Shown here: positions 39,979 through 50,792 of the stretch, one piece after another | Position numbering within the stretch: the first letter of the stretch is position 1 | Layout of the letters: each line of letters opens with the position of its first letter | Sequence record: PP445229.1 | DNA: 64,000 bases | Reading direction: 5' to 3' (one strand) | From: Escherichia phage EC.W2-6 | Made by a program: the position numbers and the translations under genes | Notes under the pieces: model-generated | The model's input: the letters and a program-made list of their open reading frames with translations, nothing else | Databases searched by the model: none | What the model was told of the DNA's origin: nothing

Positions 39979-42537
39979 TTACTCAGAAGGCATTTCAACA
40001 CGAACTGAAATAAAAGCATCACTCGGGATATCAATAGGATCACCGTCAGAAAAACCTTCTATCTCATTTCTAGAAAAAACCGGAGAGGTTGGATGGGTTC
40101 TGTGATAGGTTTTAACTAAAATAGAACCATCTTCTTTAATCTCATAGTCCAGCCAAACCCTAGGTTGTTTGTTGCGGTCAGTAGGGATTTCAAAGCCGCC
40201 GTCAATGCCTCCCCATTTTGCATCTGCGTTTAAGCCAAGGCAACCGGTAATCAAGTACTCACCAACACCTTGCCGAATGACATTAACCCCCTCAGATTCC
40301 TCGTTCGTCTCATATCGACCGTCGGAGTAAATATGAACTACCGGAGATGCCGCTTTGATAAATCCGTTTACATCAACAGTGGTGTTTTTGTTTGTAAGAC
40401 AATGGACATATTTTATTGTTCCGTCTGCAATCTTTATTGCGTAAGATATGCGACCGTATTGTGAGGCTTCGCCACCAGACCCTGCATATGACACACCGTG
40501 GGCAATCCAGAAGTTAGTATCCTCTGGCTGCATATACCAGTAGCAGTTAAACAAGTCTAAAGTAAACAGGCCGTTCCCGGAGGCATGTTGGACACGATCC
40601 CCAGTACCACCTACGCCTGAATTTGCTGGGGTGTTACTTAGCGCTCCAATATTGAACCTTGCACCAGCAGCATCTCCAGCCCCTGTCCCACCATTAGCAA
40701 TAGGTACATTATCCAGAGTAGAAACACTTCCCAACCCTAGATTAGAACGAGCACTAGCAGCATTTTTAGCTCCAGTGCCTCCTCTTTCAACACCTAGAGC
40801 CAAATCGCCAACTCTTCCAGGCGAGGTACTGTAACATCCCCACCCATTATTATCCACAAAGAGGTAGGTTTCTTTGTTAGGAGATAGTAATCTACTCTCC
40901 CCAGAGGCTTGATCAACTCTATCTATAGATAAATTGGAACGAGCAGCATCAACAGTAGTTGCCCCTGTACCACCATTAGCTATAGGAATTGTGTTGAGTG
41001 TAGCTATGGAGCTTAGACCTAGATTAGAACGAGCACTAGCAGCGTCTTTAGCTCCAGTGCCTCCTTGTGTGACAGACAGTGCTGTAGTGAGTCCCGTGAG
41101 GGATGTTATATCAGAGTTTGTACCAGAAGCGGCAGCACCTAAAATTGATCTGGAGATGTTCACATTACCAGTAATCTCATCAGGAGCTTGGTTATTTACA
41201 GTAACAACATAAGGTTTCTGAGCCTGTACAGACCCATTGTACTGAGAGTCTTTATCAGAATCTGGTGCTCTTATTGCCTCCCCTCCAGTCCAATCAGGAA
41301 GTCGAATGTTGATAAAATTAGTAGAATCTGCATCGGTAATACCATCTGCCAATTTACCCCAAGAGAAGTATTGTTTAGCCCCTGCTTGCCATTCAGTTTC
41401 AGAAACAACAGGAAGTTGTCCACTGACAAGGGATGGGCCTAAATCTGAAGCAGACTCTTTAGACACTAGACGACCATCGGCTGGAAGAACGCCCGGATAG
41501 GAGATATTCTTTGTTGGGTCATAAGGGAACATTACCATCTCACCAAGATATAGAGAAGGGTTTCCTGTTGGAATGGTAATGTCAATATTACCACTGGAGT
41601 CTGGAGAACGGGAATTAACAGTAAGAATTCTACCTTCAGTTTTAACAGGAGTTAATGTTTTGTTAGCAGCAACAGTATAAAATTCATACTTAGTAGCTTC
41701 CCAAACTAAGACCTTCTCACCAACTTGGCGATACTGAGCGTCAGCATCAGCTTCTGCTTTAGATTGATATGTCTTGGTGGTTTTATCAAACTTGTCATTA
41801 ATCTCTTGACGACTGTACTGAGCAACGTTCAGAACATTTCCTAAACCTACCGTCTCTTTGTTAAGCGTTAGAGCAACCTCTCCATCAAGAGCTGGACCGC
41901 CGTTAATAGAGACAGAACGGACAGATGGGATTAAGTTAGCAATGTTATCTAGAGTAGTTTTGTGGACGGTGTTGTCATCTTTGTCAACATAGAAACCTAA
42001 ATCACCTAGCTCTGGAACACCTGTAGGTGCTGTATCCAAATCCTTAACAGAACCATCTTTTCCGGGATCACCTTCTGGAATACCTAAAGAGATTACACCA
42101 GTGTTAGGATTAAAAGAGCCAGTAGCTGGAGTTCCCGGAGGGAGAGTTGTTACATCAACAGACATTCCTAACAGAACATCAAGCTGATTCTGGACTTCAA
42201 TAAGTTTTTGGTTAATGAGAGCAACGGCATTATTAGCATCCGATACTGCTGCGTTGGTTTGGGCAATCAGAGTCATCAAACGAGCATCTTGATCCTTAAA
42301 ATCCTGCTTAAGATCTTCAATATCCTGCTTCATCAGAACACCCTGTTGATATAGACGCTCTACTTCAGCGATTAAATCATCAATTGTACCAAACTTAGAT
42401 TCTGCTAGCAGTGCCCAATATTTGGAGTCAGCTGCATATTCTGCTGCTTGCTTGTAAGCTCCGATAGAGCCTTCAGTAGCACCAAACTGCCCAACGTTAT
42501 TCACTGCATCAGGTGCTTGGTTATTATAAACGATCAT
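39979..42537 (-). CDS. tail fibre protein with internal repeats
   Basis: Two copies of GGTGAK.AASARSNLGL...IANGGTGA repeat; coiled-coil N-terminal region. Confidence 0.7.
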   Translation of the reverse strand: MIVYNNQAPDAVNNVGQFGATEGSIGAYKQAAEYAADSKYWALLAESKFGTIDDLIAEVERLYQQGVLMKQDIEDLKQDFKDQDARLMTLIAQTNAAVSDANNAVALINQKLIEVQNQLDVLLGMSVDVTTLPPGTPATGSFNPNTGVISLGIPEGDPGKDGSVKDLDTAPTGVPELGDLGFYVDKDDNTVHKTTLDNIANLIPSVRSVSINGGPALDGEVALTLNKETVGLGNVLNVAQYSRQEINDKFDKTTKTYQSKAEADADAQYRQVGEKVLVWEATKYEFYTVAANKTLTPVKTEGRILTVNSRSPDSSGNIDITIPTGNPSLYLGEMVMFPYDPTKNISYPGVLPADGRLVSKESASDLGPSLVSGQLPVVSETEWQAGAKQYFSWGKLADGITDADSTNFINIRLPDWTGGEAIRAPDSDKDSQYNGSVQAQKPYVVTVNNQAPDEITGNVNISRSILGAAASGTNSDITSLTGLTTALSVTQGGTGAKDAASARSNLGLSSIATLNTIPIANGGTGATTVDAARSNLSIDRVDQASGESRLLSPNKETYLFVDNNGWGCYSTSPGRVGDLALGVERGGTGAKNAASARSNLGLGSVSTLDNVPIANGGTGAGDAAGARFNIGALSNTPANSGVGGTGDRVQHASGNGLFTLDLFNCYWYMQPEDTNFWIAHGVSYAGSGGEASQYGRISYAIKIADGTIKYVHCLTNKNTTVDVNGFIKAASPVVHIYSDGRYETNEESEGVNVIRQGVGEYLITGCLGLNADAKWGGIDGGFEIPTDRNKQPRVWLDYEIKEDGSILVKTYHRTHPTSPVFSRNEIEGFSDGDPIDIPSDAFISVRVEMPSE

Positions 42538-42546
42538 ATTATCTCC

Positions 42547-43299
42547 TTATACACGAGAAGTACGAATACCATAAATATCAGGCAAGCTGCTCTGAAGCCG
42601 AGTCATGTTATTCGGAATTGCGATAGGTGAACCTGAGTACTCTTGTTTCTTATTCTGCTCTACCATTTCATCAAGGATAGCTTTTCCTAATGCTGACCAT
42701 TTCTGAACACCGTTATCATCTTGAACAAAGAGACAAGCATGACGTAGGGTGAAGTACAGAAGAAGTTCTGGTGCGATAGTAAGAATAGCACTGGTATCTG
42801 TATCTTCGTGGAATTCCGGTGGGTCTGCATAATAGCTAAGAATCACTGAGTTTTCTGCTGGAATTAAAGGGCTTCCATCATCAGGATAAACAGGAGTATC
42901 TGCTTCAATACTAGGGTAGAAAATGAAACGACTCCCGAAACGAGCAAAGTTAACAGGTTGGTTATTCCAGTGAGATGGATTAATTGTTCCATGCTGTCTA
43001 CGATAGCTAATCTCCTCAGGAGAGGTTACTTGGAAGATTGTACCATCTTTGGCTCTCATCATCCATTGAGCTTCTAAGTAATCAGGAGGAATATAAGCTA
43101 CTCCATCTTTGATATCTAAATACACTTCTTTTTCCAGAGGAGGAATACGTAAGTTACGATAAATCTCTTTCTCTGCAAAGTTAATAAAGTTTGGAATTTG
43201 ATTAACAAATTCATCGTCGTCCCTATCTGCCCAGAGGGCCACGGCCTTCTTTAGCCACCCATAGGTATTGATGGGGTATTGAACATCTGGCATTGCCAT
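42547..43299 (-). CDS. virion structural protein (possible adaptor/fibre-associated)
   Basis: Position between capsid and fibre genes; no motif. Confidence 0.45.
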   Translation of the reverse strand: MAMPDVQYPINTYGWLKKAVALWADRDDDEFVNQIPNFINFAEKEIYRNLRIPPLEKEVYLDIKDGVAYIPPDYLEAQWMMRAKDGTIFQVTSPEEISYRRQHGTINPSHWNNQPVNFARFGSRFIFYPSIEADTPVYPDDGSPLIPAENSVILSYYADPPEFHEDTDTSAILTIAPELLLYFTLRHACLFVQDDNGVQKWSALGKAILDEMVEQNKKQEYSGSPIAIPNNMTRLQSSLPDIYGIRTSRV

Positions 43300-43332
43300 A
43301 GGTTGTCCTCCTTGTTATATGTAGACAAAGAA

Positions 43333-43341
43333 TATACATTA
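43333..43341 (-). promoter_or_regulatory. candidate phage-specific late promoter element (TAATGTATA, minus strand)
   Basis: Reverse complement reads TAATGTATA, between terminator 43371-43393 and gene start 43299. Confidence 0.35.
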
Positions 43342-43370
43342 CACACTAGCTTGTATAGGTCTTAAAACGA

Positions 43371-43393
43371 AAAAACCCCGCCCGAAGGCAGGG
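43371..43393 (-). terminator. intrinsic terminator after capsid/decoration genes
   Basis: Minus strand CCCTGCC-TTCG-GGCGGGG followed by TTTTTT. Confidence 0.65.
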
Positions 43394-43400
43394 TCTGATT

Positions 43401-43913
43401 TTAAGCAGGTGTTACACCAGTAAAAGTGCATGTTGCATTGATGGACGGGTCAGCTGTCAAACTTGCTTGAACAGTAACTTCGCCACTTGCAGCAGCATCT
43501 AAGGTTAACGCACCAGCGGCGCTTACTGTACCGGCTTCTGTAGGAGTTACAACAAACGTGTAATCCGCAGCAGCAGAGTTAGTTACAGTAAACATGGTAG
43601 TGAAATTAGTGGAAGAACCACCAGTTTTACCCGTAATTGGACCCTTAGCTACAATAGTAGGAGCAGGAGCAACAATTTCAGAAATGGTTGCTGTACCAGA
43701 AACACCTTCTAAAGTTGCAGTAATGGATACATCAGTGGATTGAGACGCACTCGGAGCAGTATACAAACCAGACTGAGTGATAGAACCACCTCCTGTCACT
43801 GACCAAGTAAAGCCAGTTGTTTCGGTAGAACCATCACTTTTCTCCGCGCTTGCAGTGAACTGCCGAGTAGCCCCTGTCTCTAGACTTGCTAAAGACGCAG
43901 GGCTAACAGTCAC
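43401..43913 (-). CDS. Ig-like domain protein (possible capsid decoration)
   Basis: Thr/Ala/Ser-rich beta-strand repeats immediately downstream of capsid gene. Confidence 0.5.
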   Translation of the reverse strand: MTVSPASLASLETGATRQFTASAEKSDGSTETTGFTWSVTGGGSITQSGLYTAPSASQSTDVSITATLEGVSGTATISEIVAPAPTIVAKGPITGKTGGSSTNFTTMFTVTNSAAADYTFVVTPTEAGTVSAAGALTLDAAASGEVTVQASLTADPSINATCTFTGVTPA

Positions 43914-43924
43914 ACTGTCTACTG

Positions 43925-44983
43925 TTACGCCGCCACCTTTCCCGCAGCAGTGAACAGAACGCCGGAAGCATACGGGTTGCGGTGACGCAGACCAACTTCC
44001 ATTTCAATCATCCACTTCTCGTAAGAACCGTCTTTAGCCAGTTCAGTACGTTTCGGAGCACGCAGAACCATCTGAGTCCAGTCAGCGCTACGGAAGAAGT
44101 AAACTGCATCGGTAGGCATCCAACGGTTAACGATGATTTTGTAGCTCTGGCCCAGCGGGTCAGTGATGCTGTTAACTTCGTAGATGAACTGCTTGGTGTT
44201 CTCAAAGATACGCTTACGTGAACCCTGAGTATTTTCTTGCAGACCAGCAAAGATCTTAGCATGAGCCGGGTTAATCATGATGATATCTGCTTCAGAACCA
44301 GCGGTATACAGTTGCAGAGTCATATCAAAGATATCAGCTTCGTCGAAACCAATGTTAGTGGTCGGGTTAGAAGCATTCTGTGCAACTTTAACAGTTACTG
44401 CACCAGTGTCCGGGTCAGCAGGACCATTCTTGGTCTTGTCAACAACGCCACCAGCCAGACCACCGTGAGCACACAGGAACTGGAATGCACCAGTCTTACG
44501 AGCTGCATGGGTGTCATTCAGACCAACAACAGCAGGATCAGTTGCAGAGTTAGTCAGATACTGGTCAGCCAGAACGTCGGTACGAGCCTGACCGGACAGA
44601 AGGATTTTCTCGAGGTCACGCTTGATCTCTTTACCTTTCTTCTCCAGCTGATACATCAGTTCACGACCACGACCGTAGTTAGCGGTGGTGTTAGCAGTAT
44701 CAGAAACACGAACAACCTTACGCAGAATCTGAGTAACGTTAGATTTGATAACAGTCGGTTTCATTTCACCGTCTTCAGCACGAGAGCCTTCGACGTGTGC
44801 GTTATTACCGTCAACGCTTGCCAGTGCATCGGTCTGCCAGCTAAAGATAGTCTGGTTGATAGACTCTTTACCGGTCATAGATACGAACGGGGTATCCTGA
44901 GGGGACAGAACAGAAATCCAGTTAGCAAAAGAAAGTTTTTTACCATTCTGGTCATACGATACAAATAAAGTTGGATTAGCCAT
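43925..44983 (-). CDS. major capsid protein
   Basis: 352 aa, strong high-expression codon bias, located between scaffold and decoration genes. Confidence 0.65.
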   Translation of the reverse strand: MANPTLFVSYDQNGKKLSFANWISVLSPQDTPFVSMTGKESINQTIFSWQTDALASVDGNNAHVEGSRAEDGEMKPTVIKSNVTQILRKVVRVSDTANTTANYGRGRELMYQLEKKGKEIKRDLEKILLSGQARTDVLADQYLTNSATDPAVVGLNDTHAARKTGAFQFLCAHGGLAGGVVDKTKNGPADPDTGAVTVKVAQNASNPTTNIGFDEADIFDMTLQLYTAGSEADIIMINPAHAKIFAGLQENTQGSRKRIFENTKQFIYEVNSITDPLGQSYKIIVNRWMPTDAVYFFRSADWTQMVLRAPKRTELAKDGSYEKWMIEMEVGLRHRNPYASGVLFTAAGKVAA

Positions 44984-45024
44984 GTTATGTTAGCTCCTAT
45001 ACTATTAATAATTTAATTTGTCGA

Positions 45025-46101
45025 TTAATCTACGAGGAATTTGAATGCGTCTTCGTGACTAACGCGACCCTCTGCGAATGCCTTGGCAACCTTAGCGTTG
45101 TCGGGCTTATTGGAAGTGCGAGACTTTGCAGCATCAGACTTCACAACCTTGCGTGGAGCACCGGGACGTTTAATCTTAGCCATCACCTGTTGCTTACCTT
45201 TATCAAATTGGTATGCTTTGTGGAGAGCTAGGAAAATAGACGGACGGTTTTCCTTCAATACTTCTTCTTCAGTAGCACCTAAGTCAATTGCGTATTGCAT
45301 TAAGTTTTGATATAAGTTTTCATCCCAATTTGGAATCTCACGTTTCAGAATATTAACACATTCAATACTCTTGGCTTGGAAAGCTTCCTGCTCTTTAGCT
45401 GCTGCTTCCTGCTTAATACGGACCTGAGCCTGTTCAAGCTGTTGACGGCGAGCTGTGTACTTCTCTAGGAAACGTTTGTTTTCAACATATGCTTGAGGAT
45501 CTTCTACTGCAAGCTTGTCCCAATCAAAACCGTTATAATCTTCAATTACTCGGTCTGCTTCTAAAGACGCTAGTTCTAATACATCCTTCAAACCTACTAC
45601 ACGTTCCTCGAATGCTTCCATATGACGCTGAAGAGTTGATTCTCGTTCTGTCATATCAGCACCAGTAAGATAGCCATTAGAAAGTTCTTCAATAGTCATC
45701 TCACGTCCATCAGGAAGGGTGATAACGGTTTCGTAGTCTACATCAAAGACTTCACCTTCACCGTCAGCAGAATCATCTTCATACTCTGCATCGCTTGAAT
45801 CTTCTTCCTCTTGTTCTTCTGCTTCAGAGGATTCGTCTTCATCTTCTTCGACTTCGCCTTCCTCTTCACGATCTTCCCAACCATCTTCATCTTCGAACTT
45901 AAGCTCATCGCTTTCACCGAGAAGGTCGGTATCAAAGTCGAAATCGTCACCGTCTTTTTCCGGGAACTCATCGTCAATGTCCACTTCTGGTTCTTGTTCA
46001 GATTCTAATCGACCGAGTTCTTCTTTGAAAGAACCTTTCAGGTCATCCAGTTGGAGGAAAGATTTAAAATCGTTCGGGTCAATATAATTATCTTGTGGCA
46101 T
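45025..46101 (-). CDS. scaffolding protein
   Basis: Highly acidic Glu/Asp-rich N-half, helical C-half; between portal and capsid. Confidence 0.55.
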   Translation of the reverse strand: MPQDNYIDPNDFKSFLQLDDLKGSFKEELGRLESEQEPEVDIDDEFPEKDGDDFDFDTDLLGESDELKFEDEDGWEDREEEGEVEEDEDESSEAEEQEEEDSSDAEYEDDSADGEGEVFDVDYETVITLPDGREMTIEELSNGYLTGADMTERESTLQRHMEAFEERVVGLKDVLELASLEADRVIEDYNGFDWDKLAVEDPQAYVENKRFLEKYTARRQQLEQAQVRIKQEAAAKEQEAFQAKSIECVNILKREIPNWDENLYQNLMQYAIDLGATEEEVLKENRPSIFLALHKAYQFDKGKQQVMAKIKRPGAPRKVVKSDAAKSRTSNKPDNAKVAKAFAEGRVSHEDAFKFLVD

Positions 46102-46337
46102 TATGAAACATCTCCTGCACTATTGATAGCAGCTTTTATGACCTCTTTTAAGCTACCAACCATTTTATACTTTTGATAACAATCTTCGCGTTTCTTATTC
46201 TCATGAGGTTCTGTTTGAACTATCTCTGTCATGAGTCTTTCTTTCAATGCCTCTAATGCTGCGTCAAGACTGCCGTTAAGGTTGAGAGCCGCCAAAGCGG
46301 CGGCGTGCTCTTTATTAAATTGATGTCTAATGTTCAT
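46101..46337 (-). CDS. hypothetical protein
   Basis: 78-aa ORF overlapping neighbours. Confidence 0.4.
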   Translation of the reverse strand: MNIRHQFNKEHAAALAALNLNGSLDAALEALKERLMTEIVQTEPHENKKREDCYQKYKMVGSLKEVIKAAINSAGDVS

Positions 46338-46346
46338 TCGACGTCC

Positions 46347-48590
46347 TTAGTTTTTACTTCCAAGACGTTTGCCTGGAATCCGTGAATCTTTGAGAGAAGC
46401 TTGTTGCTCTTTCTTAGTTACATTAGCTTCTTTCTTTTGGAGTTCCAAAGTTTTATCCTGAACACGAGCTTGCTGAACAATCTTCTCTTGGTCTACCTGA
46501 TGCTCCATAACCATCTGCAATTCTTTCAGTACAGACTCATACTGACGGACCTGCTGTTGCATAAGAGCTAACTTGTGCTTAGCTTGTTCCAGAGTAGCAT
46601 TGTTATCCTCTTTACGGTTTTCCAGAGTCATAGCATCTGCTGCATTTTCTTGCTTGAACTGCAACTCTTCCTGACGCAGACTTAATTCATCCGCAGCTTT
46701 CTGCTGTTCGAATGTAGTACGTTCACGTTGGTCGAATGCATCAGCAATCATCTTCTGAGAAGAAGCCTGTACGTTCTCAACCTGTGCTTTAGTCATCTCG
46801 AGTTGGAGGATTTCCATTGGAGACGGCTCAGGAGGCTGATACTGTTCCAGAGGCAGTAAGTATTTATGAGTGTCCTTAATACCCATCAACTCAAAGATCT
46901 GTGCAGTCATGTAACGGTCTTGCTCCAAACCGAAGAGAGGTGCTAACTGTGCATCTGCTGCAATCAGCTGTTTCAAGCTAATCAGTTTCTGTGCACGTTC
47001 TGCTTTCTCATTAGGAGAGATAGCTACAACAACTTGAAGATTGTGACGAGCTGGCAATTGTTTCGGATTTACCTGAACCATACCACGAGGGGTTTGTACC
47101 TCAATAGGAACTTCACCATTTTCTCTGATAAGGCTGTAAATACCACGCATCAATTCAACCATACCATTGTGAGCAATGTTACGACATACCATACGGAGAC
47201 GGTTCTGTGCAGCATTCATCATCAAGCCTACAGTTGCATAAGCGTTATCATTCTTAAACACATCAGGGTTGATACCCATGCCTAGTTTGGTTACACCTGT
47301 ACGTGTCTCTTTAAGCTCCTCAGACATGCCTAGGAGGCCGTCAATACCTTGAGGTAGGTTATGGTATGGGAACAGGTCAATAGCGTCCTGACGTTCCATT
47401 TCAACCACTCCACCGGGACGGTTATCAAGCAGAGAGCGACGGTCGTATGCACCAACAAGAGCTTTGTATCGACCATAGTTAGCATTGTTGACGTTATCAA
47501 TATAACCACGAACTAACGCGGTACGTAAATCTTGAATATCTTTCGTAATGTCATAGACCGATTGACCATAGAAGGAACCCGGAATCGGATATGGGCAGAA
47601 GGTTACAAACGGAATGTGAGTTACTTCTTCAGTGTGAAGGATATGCTCACCAGCTTGGATAACCTGATAGAGTTTAGACTCTTTATTCTTATCTAGAACA
47701 CCAGTACGAATGTAGTGCTCGTAAACCCAAACCATAGAAGCGATATCTTCGGTATCTGTACCAATATCAGCATCAATATCTTGACGCCAGTCAGTACGAG
47801 ACCAAGCAACTGTAGATTGAGTAGTATCCATCGTGTCTGTCCAGTCGTTGAATGCTTCAATCTCATCTTTAGGGAAGCCCATAGCAACCAGATCTTCTTT
47901 AGAACGACGTACACGATGACAGAAGTATTGTGCATCTGCAAAAGAGGTAGCATGTTCATCAACAAAGATTTGCTCTGAAGGAACATATTCAACTTTCACA
48001 CGTTTAACAGTTTGTTCGTAAGTAACTTTAACATCGACTGTACCGTCTTCATTTTCTTCAGTGAAGACTTCCAGATTCTTGAGTCCACCAGCTTCTAATC
48101 CCTGAACATATGCAGCCAATGCTTCCGGTGGTACACCTTCAGCTTCTTCAGTTTGAGTAGAAGTTTGTTCATCCCAATAATACTTGATAAAAGAGTTACG
48201 AGTAACTAGACATTCTTGTGCAGCAGAAGAGATAATATTGTATCCCGGATTATCACGCAGAAGAATTTGGTTAACTAATTTAGTTGCTACATCAGCAGCA
48301 TCAGAATCCTGTTGGTTGTCAGCTACGAAAGTAACTGCTTCATCACCAGAACAGAATACGTTAATAATATCTTGCAATGTACCGTTAACAGATTCCCAAA
48401 CAGTACGATCTACCCAACTAGAGCTGCCAGCAGTTACTGGTGCAGGTAAGTTACCATAGAAATATTCCCAAGCTTCACGAGCATAGCCCTTAACAGCCAT
48501 GTCCACGTAACCTTGAGCGTAATTAAAACGACGTTGAAGGTCAACACGTAACTCGTCCAACACCTCTTCACTATATTTTTGCTTAGCCAT
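46347..48590 (-). CDS. portal protein
   Basis: 747 aa, directly downstream of large terminase, C-terminal coiled-coil with basic tail. Confidence 0.65.
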   Translation of the reverse strand: MAKQKYSEEVLDELRVDLQRRFNYAQGYVDMAVKGYAREAWEYFYGNLPAPVTAGSSSWVDRTVWESVNGTLQDIINVFCSGDEAVTFVADNQQDSDAADVATKLVNQILLRDNPGYNIISSAAQECLVTRNSFIKYYWDEQTSTQTEEAEGVPPEALAAYVQGLEAGGLKNLEVFTEENEDGTVDVKVTYEQTVKRVKVEYVPSEQIFVDEHATSFADAQYFCHRVRRSKEDLVAMGFPKDEIEAFNDWTDTMDTTQSTVAWSRTDWRQDIDADIGTDTEDIASMVWVYEHYIRTGVLDKNKESKLYQVIQAGEHILHTEEVTHIPFVTFCPYPIPGSFYGQSVYDITKDIQDLRTALVRGYIDNVNNANYGRYKALVGAYDRRSLLDNRPGGVVEMERQDAIDLFPYHNLPQGIDGLLGMSEELKETRTGVTKLGMGINPDVFKNDNAYATVGLMMNAAQNRLRMVCRNIAHNGMVELMRGIYSLIRENGEVPIEVQTPRGMVQVNPKQLPARHNLQVVVAISPNEKAERAQKLISLKQLIAADAQLAPLFGLEQDRYMTAQIFELMGIKDTHKYLLPLEQYQPPEPSPMEILQLEMTKAQVENVQASSQKMIADAFDQRERTTFEQQKAADELSLRQEELQFKQENAADAMTLENRKEDNNATLEQAKHKLALMQQQVRQYESVLKELQMVMEHQVDQEKIVQQARVQDKTLELQKKEANVTKKEQQASLKDSRIPGKRLGSKN

Positions 48591-48613
48591 CTATTCTCTC
48601 CCTCGGTTGATAG

Positions 48614-48644
48614 CTTAAATAAAAGAAGGGAGGACAAACCTCCC
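48614..48644 (-). terminator. possible attenuator hairpin between terL and portal
   Basis: GGGAGG-TTTGT-CCTCCC followed by T-rich run on minus strand. Confidence 0.3.
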
Positions 48645-48651
48645 CCTTACT

Positions 48652-50193
48652 TTAGTAACTCTGATTCCATCTGCTTACGTTTGCCTCATACAGAGAAGCA
48701 CTTCCGTAGCTAACGTCATGCTTAGAGCGACCACGATGTGTAACAGAGCACGCTGAATAGCGCATTGCATCCATTAAGTCATCATGTTCTTTAATAATCT
48801 TACCAACCTTACGGTGATATCTAGCTTTCTCTTCGAATAGCTTAGCATTAGCGGCTGTGTTAAAGATTTTAAAGCGTCCACTCATCATTCTTTCTCGGAT
48901 ATCTGTGATTCCCGGTTCTACAAAGAAGTTCTTTTTACCATCCATTCCAATTTTGTTGTAGAAGGTCTCACTCTGTACGTTAACTCCTGCATTCTTATAG
49001 AATTGAGCAACAGATGAGCCACTACCTTTCTCAATATTGTCCGCATCGTGCGGTAGGATGACAGGAATCCACTGACCACGACCATTAATAGCTGGAGCAT
49101 GATACACTGGAGTAAAGCCACCTTCTTTATATGAGTCGTAAACATAGATAGTATCCGTGTTTGCATCGTAAGCTGTCCAAACAGCAGCAGTTGGGTGATC
49201 AATACCAATATCAATTGCACAGACACGTTTCCACGTATCAGGAATTTCGAATGGTTCACATTTAATTGTGTCATCCGATACATCATAAATCAAACCACTT
49301 CCTAACAATGGCATACCTTTCGAACGCATCTCTAACTGCCACGCTGGAATACCTTCAGTCATATCTTTTATATCTTGGTCAGTGATATGTCCACCTAGGT
49401 CTGCATGAGCATCCCACCAAGAAGCGTTCTGGAAATATAGAGAACCTGTGTTCTCATCCCCTTCGCCTTTCATAAATTTATCTACCAGTTCAGTTAAACC
49501 GTTCTCTGGTGTAGCTGTAATTGTAACTAGACCTTTAGTTGTGAGTGTACGTGTGACGCACTGTGCGAATATAGCCATAGACTCGTATGGATCTTCTTCG
49601 TCTAACCAAATGTAGTCAACTGTTGCACCCATCAATGTGTGTTCACCCTGTTGGGTTGAACGGAATTCTAATGTACTTAAACCGTCAAACTCCCCTCTCT
49701 CATTTTGATGTTTGATTTGTACGATTTGAAGTTTGTTACCATCTCGTTCTATCGTGTCAATGACGATAGCATCACGAGGAATGACACCTGTCCCCAATAA
49801 GTTTGTATCCTTTCCGATAGGTGTACCAAACAATTCCTTTTGCAATACTTTCCTTGTGGAATCCCCTGTAATACCAACTGCCCATGCTAAGATAGGTCTT
49901 TTAAATTTATATCCTGTCCACCAAGTTGGGTAGCGACCTGTGACATGACAAGCAAACTCGTATGCCTCGCTATAAGATTTACCAACACGGTTCGCTGCAC
50001 ACAAGAATCTAAAGCGATGCTTCAATCCTGCTGCATAAAATTTCTTTTGGAAGTCATACGCCTTGAAAGACAAAATCTTATTATACTTCCTCCATTGGTC
50101 ACGCTCTTTCAACATATTCAATAGTGCTTTCTTTTCCTCTACACTAAGATTGTTACCAGTTAGAGCTTCATAAATTTGTTTATCTAATGACAT
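48652..50193 (-). CDS. terminase large subunit
   Basis: Walker A-like AANRVGKS, Walker B IWLDEE, C-terminal nuclease-like region. Confidence 0.85.
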   Translation of the reverse strand: MSLDKQIYEALTGNNLSVEEKKALLNMLKERDQWRKYNKILSFKAYDFQKKFYAAGLKHRFRFLCAANRVGKSYSEAYEFACHVTGRYPTWWTGYKFKRPILAWAVGITGDSTRKVLQKELFGTPIGKDTNLLGTGVIPRDAIVIDTIERDGNKLQIVQIKHQNERGEFDGLSTLEFRSTQQGEHTLMGATVDYIWLDEEDPYESMAIFAQCVTRTLTTKGLVTITATPENGLTELVDKFMKGEGDENTGSLYFQNASWWDAHADLGGHITDQDIKDMTEGIPAWQLEMRSKGMPLLGSGLIYDVSDDTIKCEPFEIPDTWKRVCAIDIGIDHPTAAVWTAYDANTDTIYVYDSYKEGGFTPVYHAPAINGRGQWIPVILPHDADNIEKGSGSSVAQFYKNAGVNVQSETFYNKIGMDGKKNFFVEPGITDIRERMMSGRFKIFNTAANAKLFEEKARYHRKVGKIIKEHDDLMDAMRYSACSVTHRGRSKHDVSYGSASLYEANVSRWNQSY

Positions 50194-50262
50194 ACTTCCT
50201 CCAGTTTAAAAATAGAAAAGGGAAAGTCCCTTCGTCAAAGAACCTCCCCTTCTTTCCTTTAC

Positions 50263-50736
50263 TTAACTCTCGTCCGCTTCCTCCCCCTTTTCAGCGTCCT
50301 CAGAGTTGTCTTCTTCTGGAGGCATAACGTCGATACCAAGTGCTCCAGTCAAGAAGTCCTTGATTTGTGCATTCAATGATTCTTCGTTGATTACATTCTC
50401 TTCCTCAATCTTAACTTCAACAGAGGCCGCCTTAGGATATACCAGATCTGCAACTTTTGATGCAGCCTTGAATCTAAGATCAGGTGGAATATTAGGATCT
50501 TCGTAAATTTGAATTAACACTTCATCAGGAGACAAATGACTTGCAGCAACACGGTCCAACATTAATTGTGTCAGTTTACCTCTACTACCTCTGGGTCGTC
50601 CGAATTTATTTCCCTTTTGAAACTTCCCATTGCTTGGGTTCATACCACGGCCTTCAAGTTCTTCCGTTACTCCGGGTAATCTTCCTGTAATCTCAGCTAC
50701 CTGTGCAGGCGTGAGTTCTCCGTTTTCTCCAAACAT
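50263..50736 (-). CDS. terminase small subunit (putative)
   Basis: 157 aa immediately upstream of large terminase; acidic C-terminus. Confidence 0.45.
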   Translation of the reverse strand: MFGENGELTPAQVAEITGRLPGVTEELEGRGMNPSNGKFQKGNKFGRPRGSRGKLTQLMLDRVAASHLSPDEVLIQIYEDPNIPPDLRFKAASKVADLVYPKAASVEVKIEEENVINEESLNAQIKDFLTGALGIDVMPPEEDNSEDAEKGEEADES

Positions 50737-50792
50737 TTTATACTCCTTCTACATTATCAACAACACAAAAAGCCTCCCAACGGAGGCAAATA

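Noticed and set aside
40631-41212. Repeated DNA in the tail fibre gene as a possible diversity-generating retroelement target
   Set aside because: The repeats encode in-frame protein repeats within one gene; no reverse transcriptase or template repeat outside the gene is present in the window.
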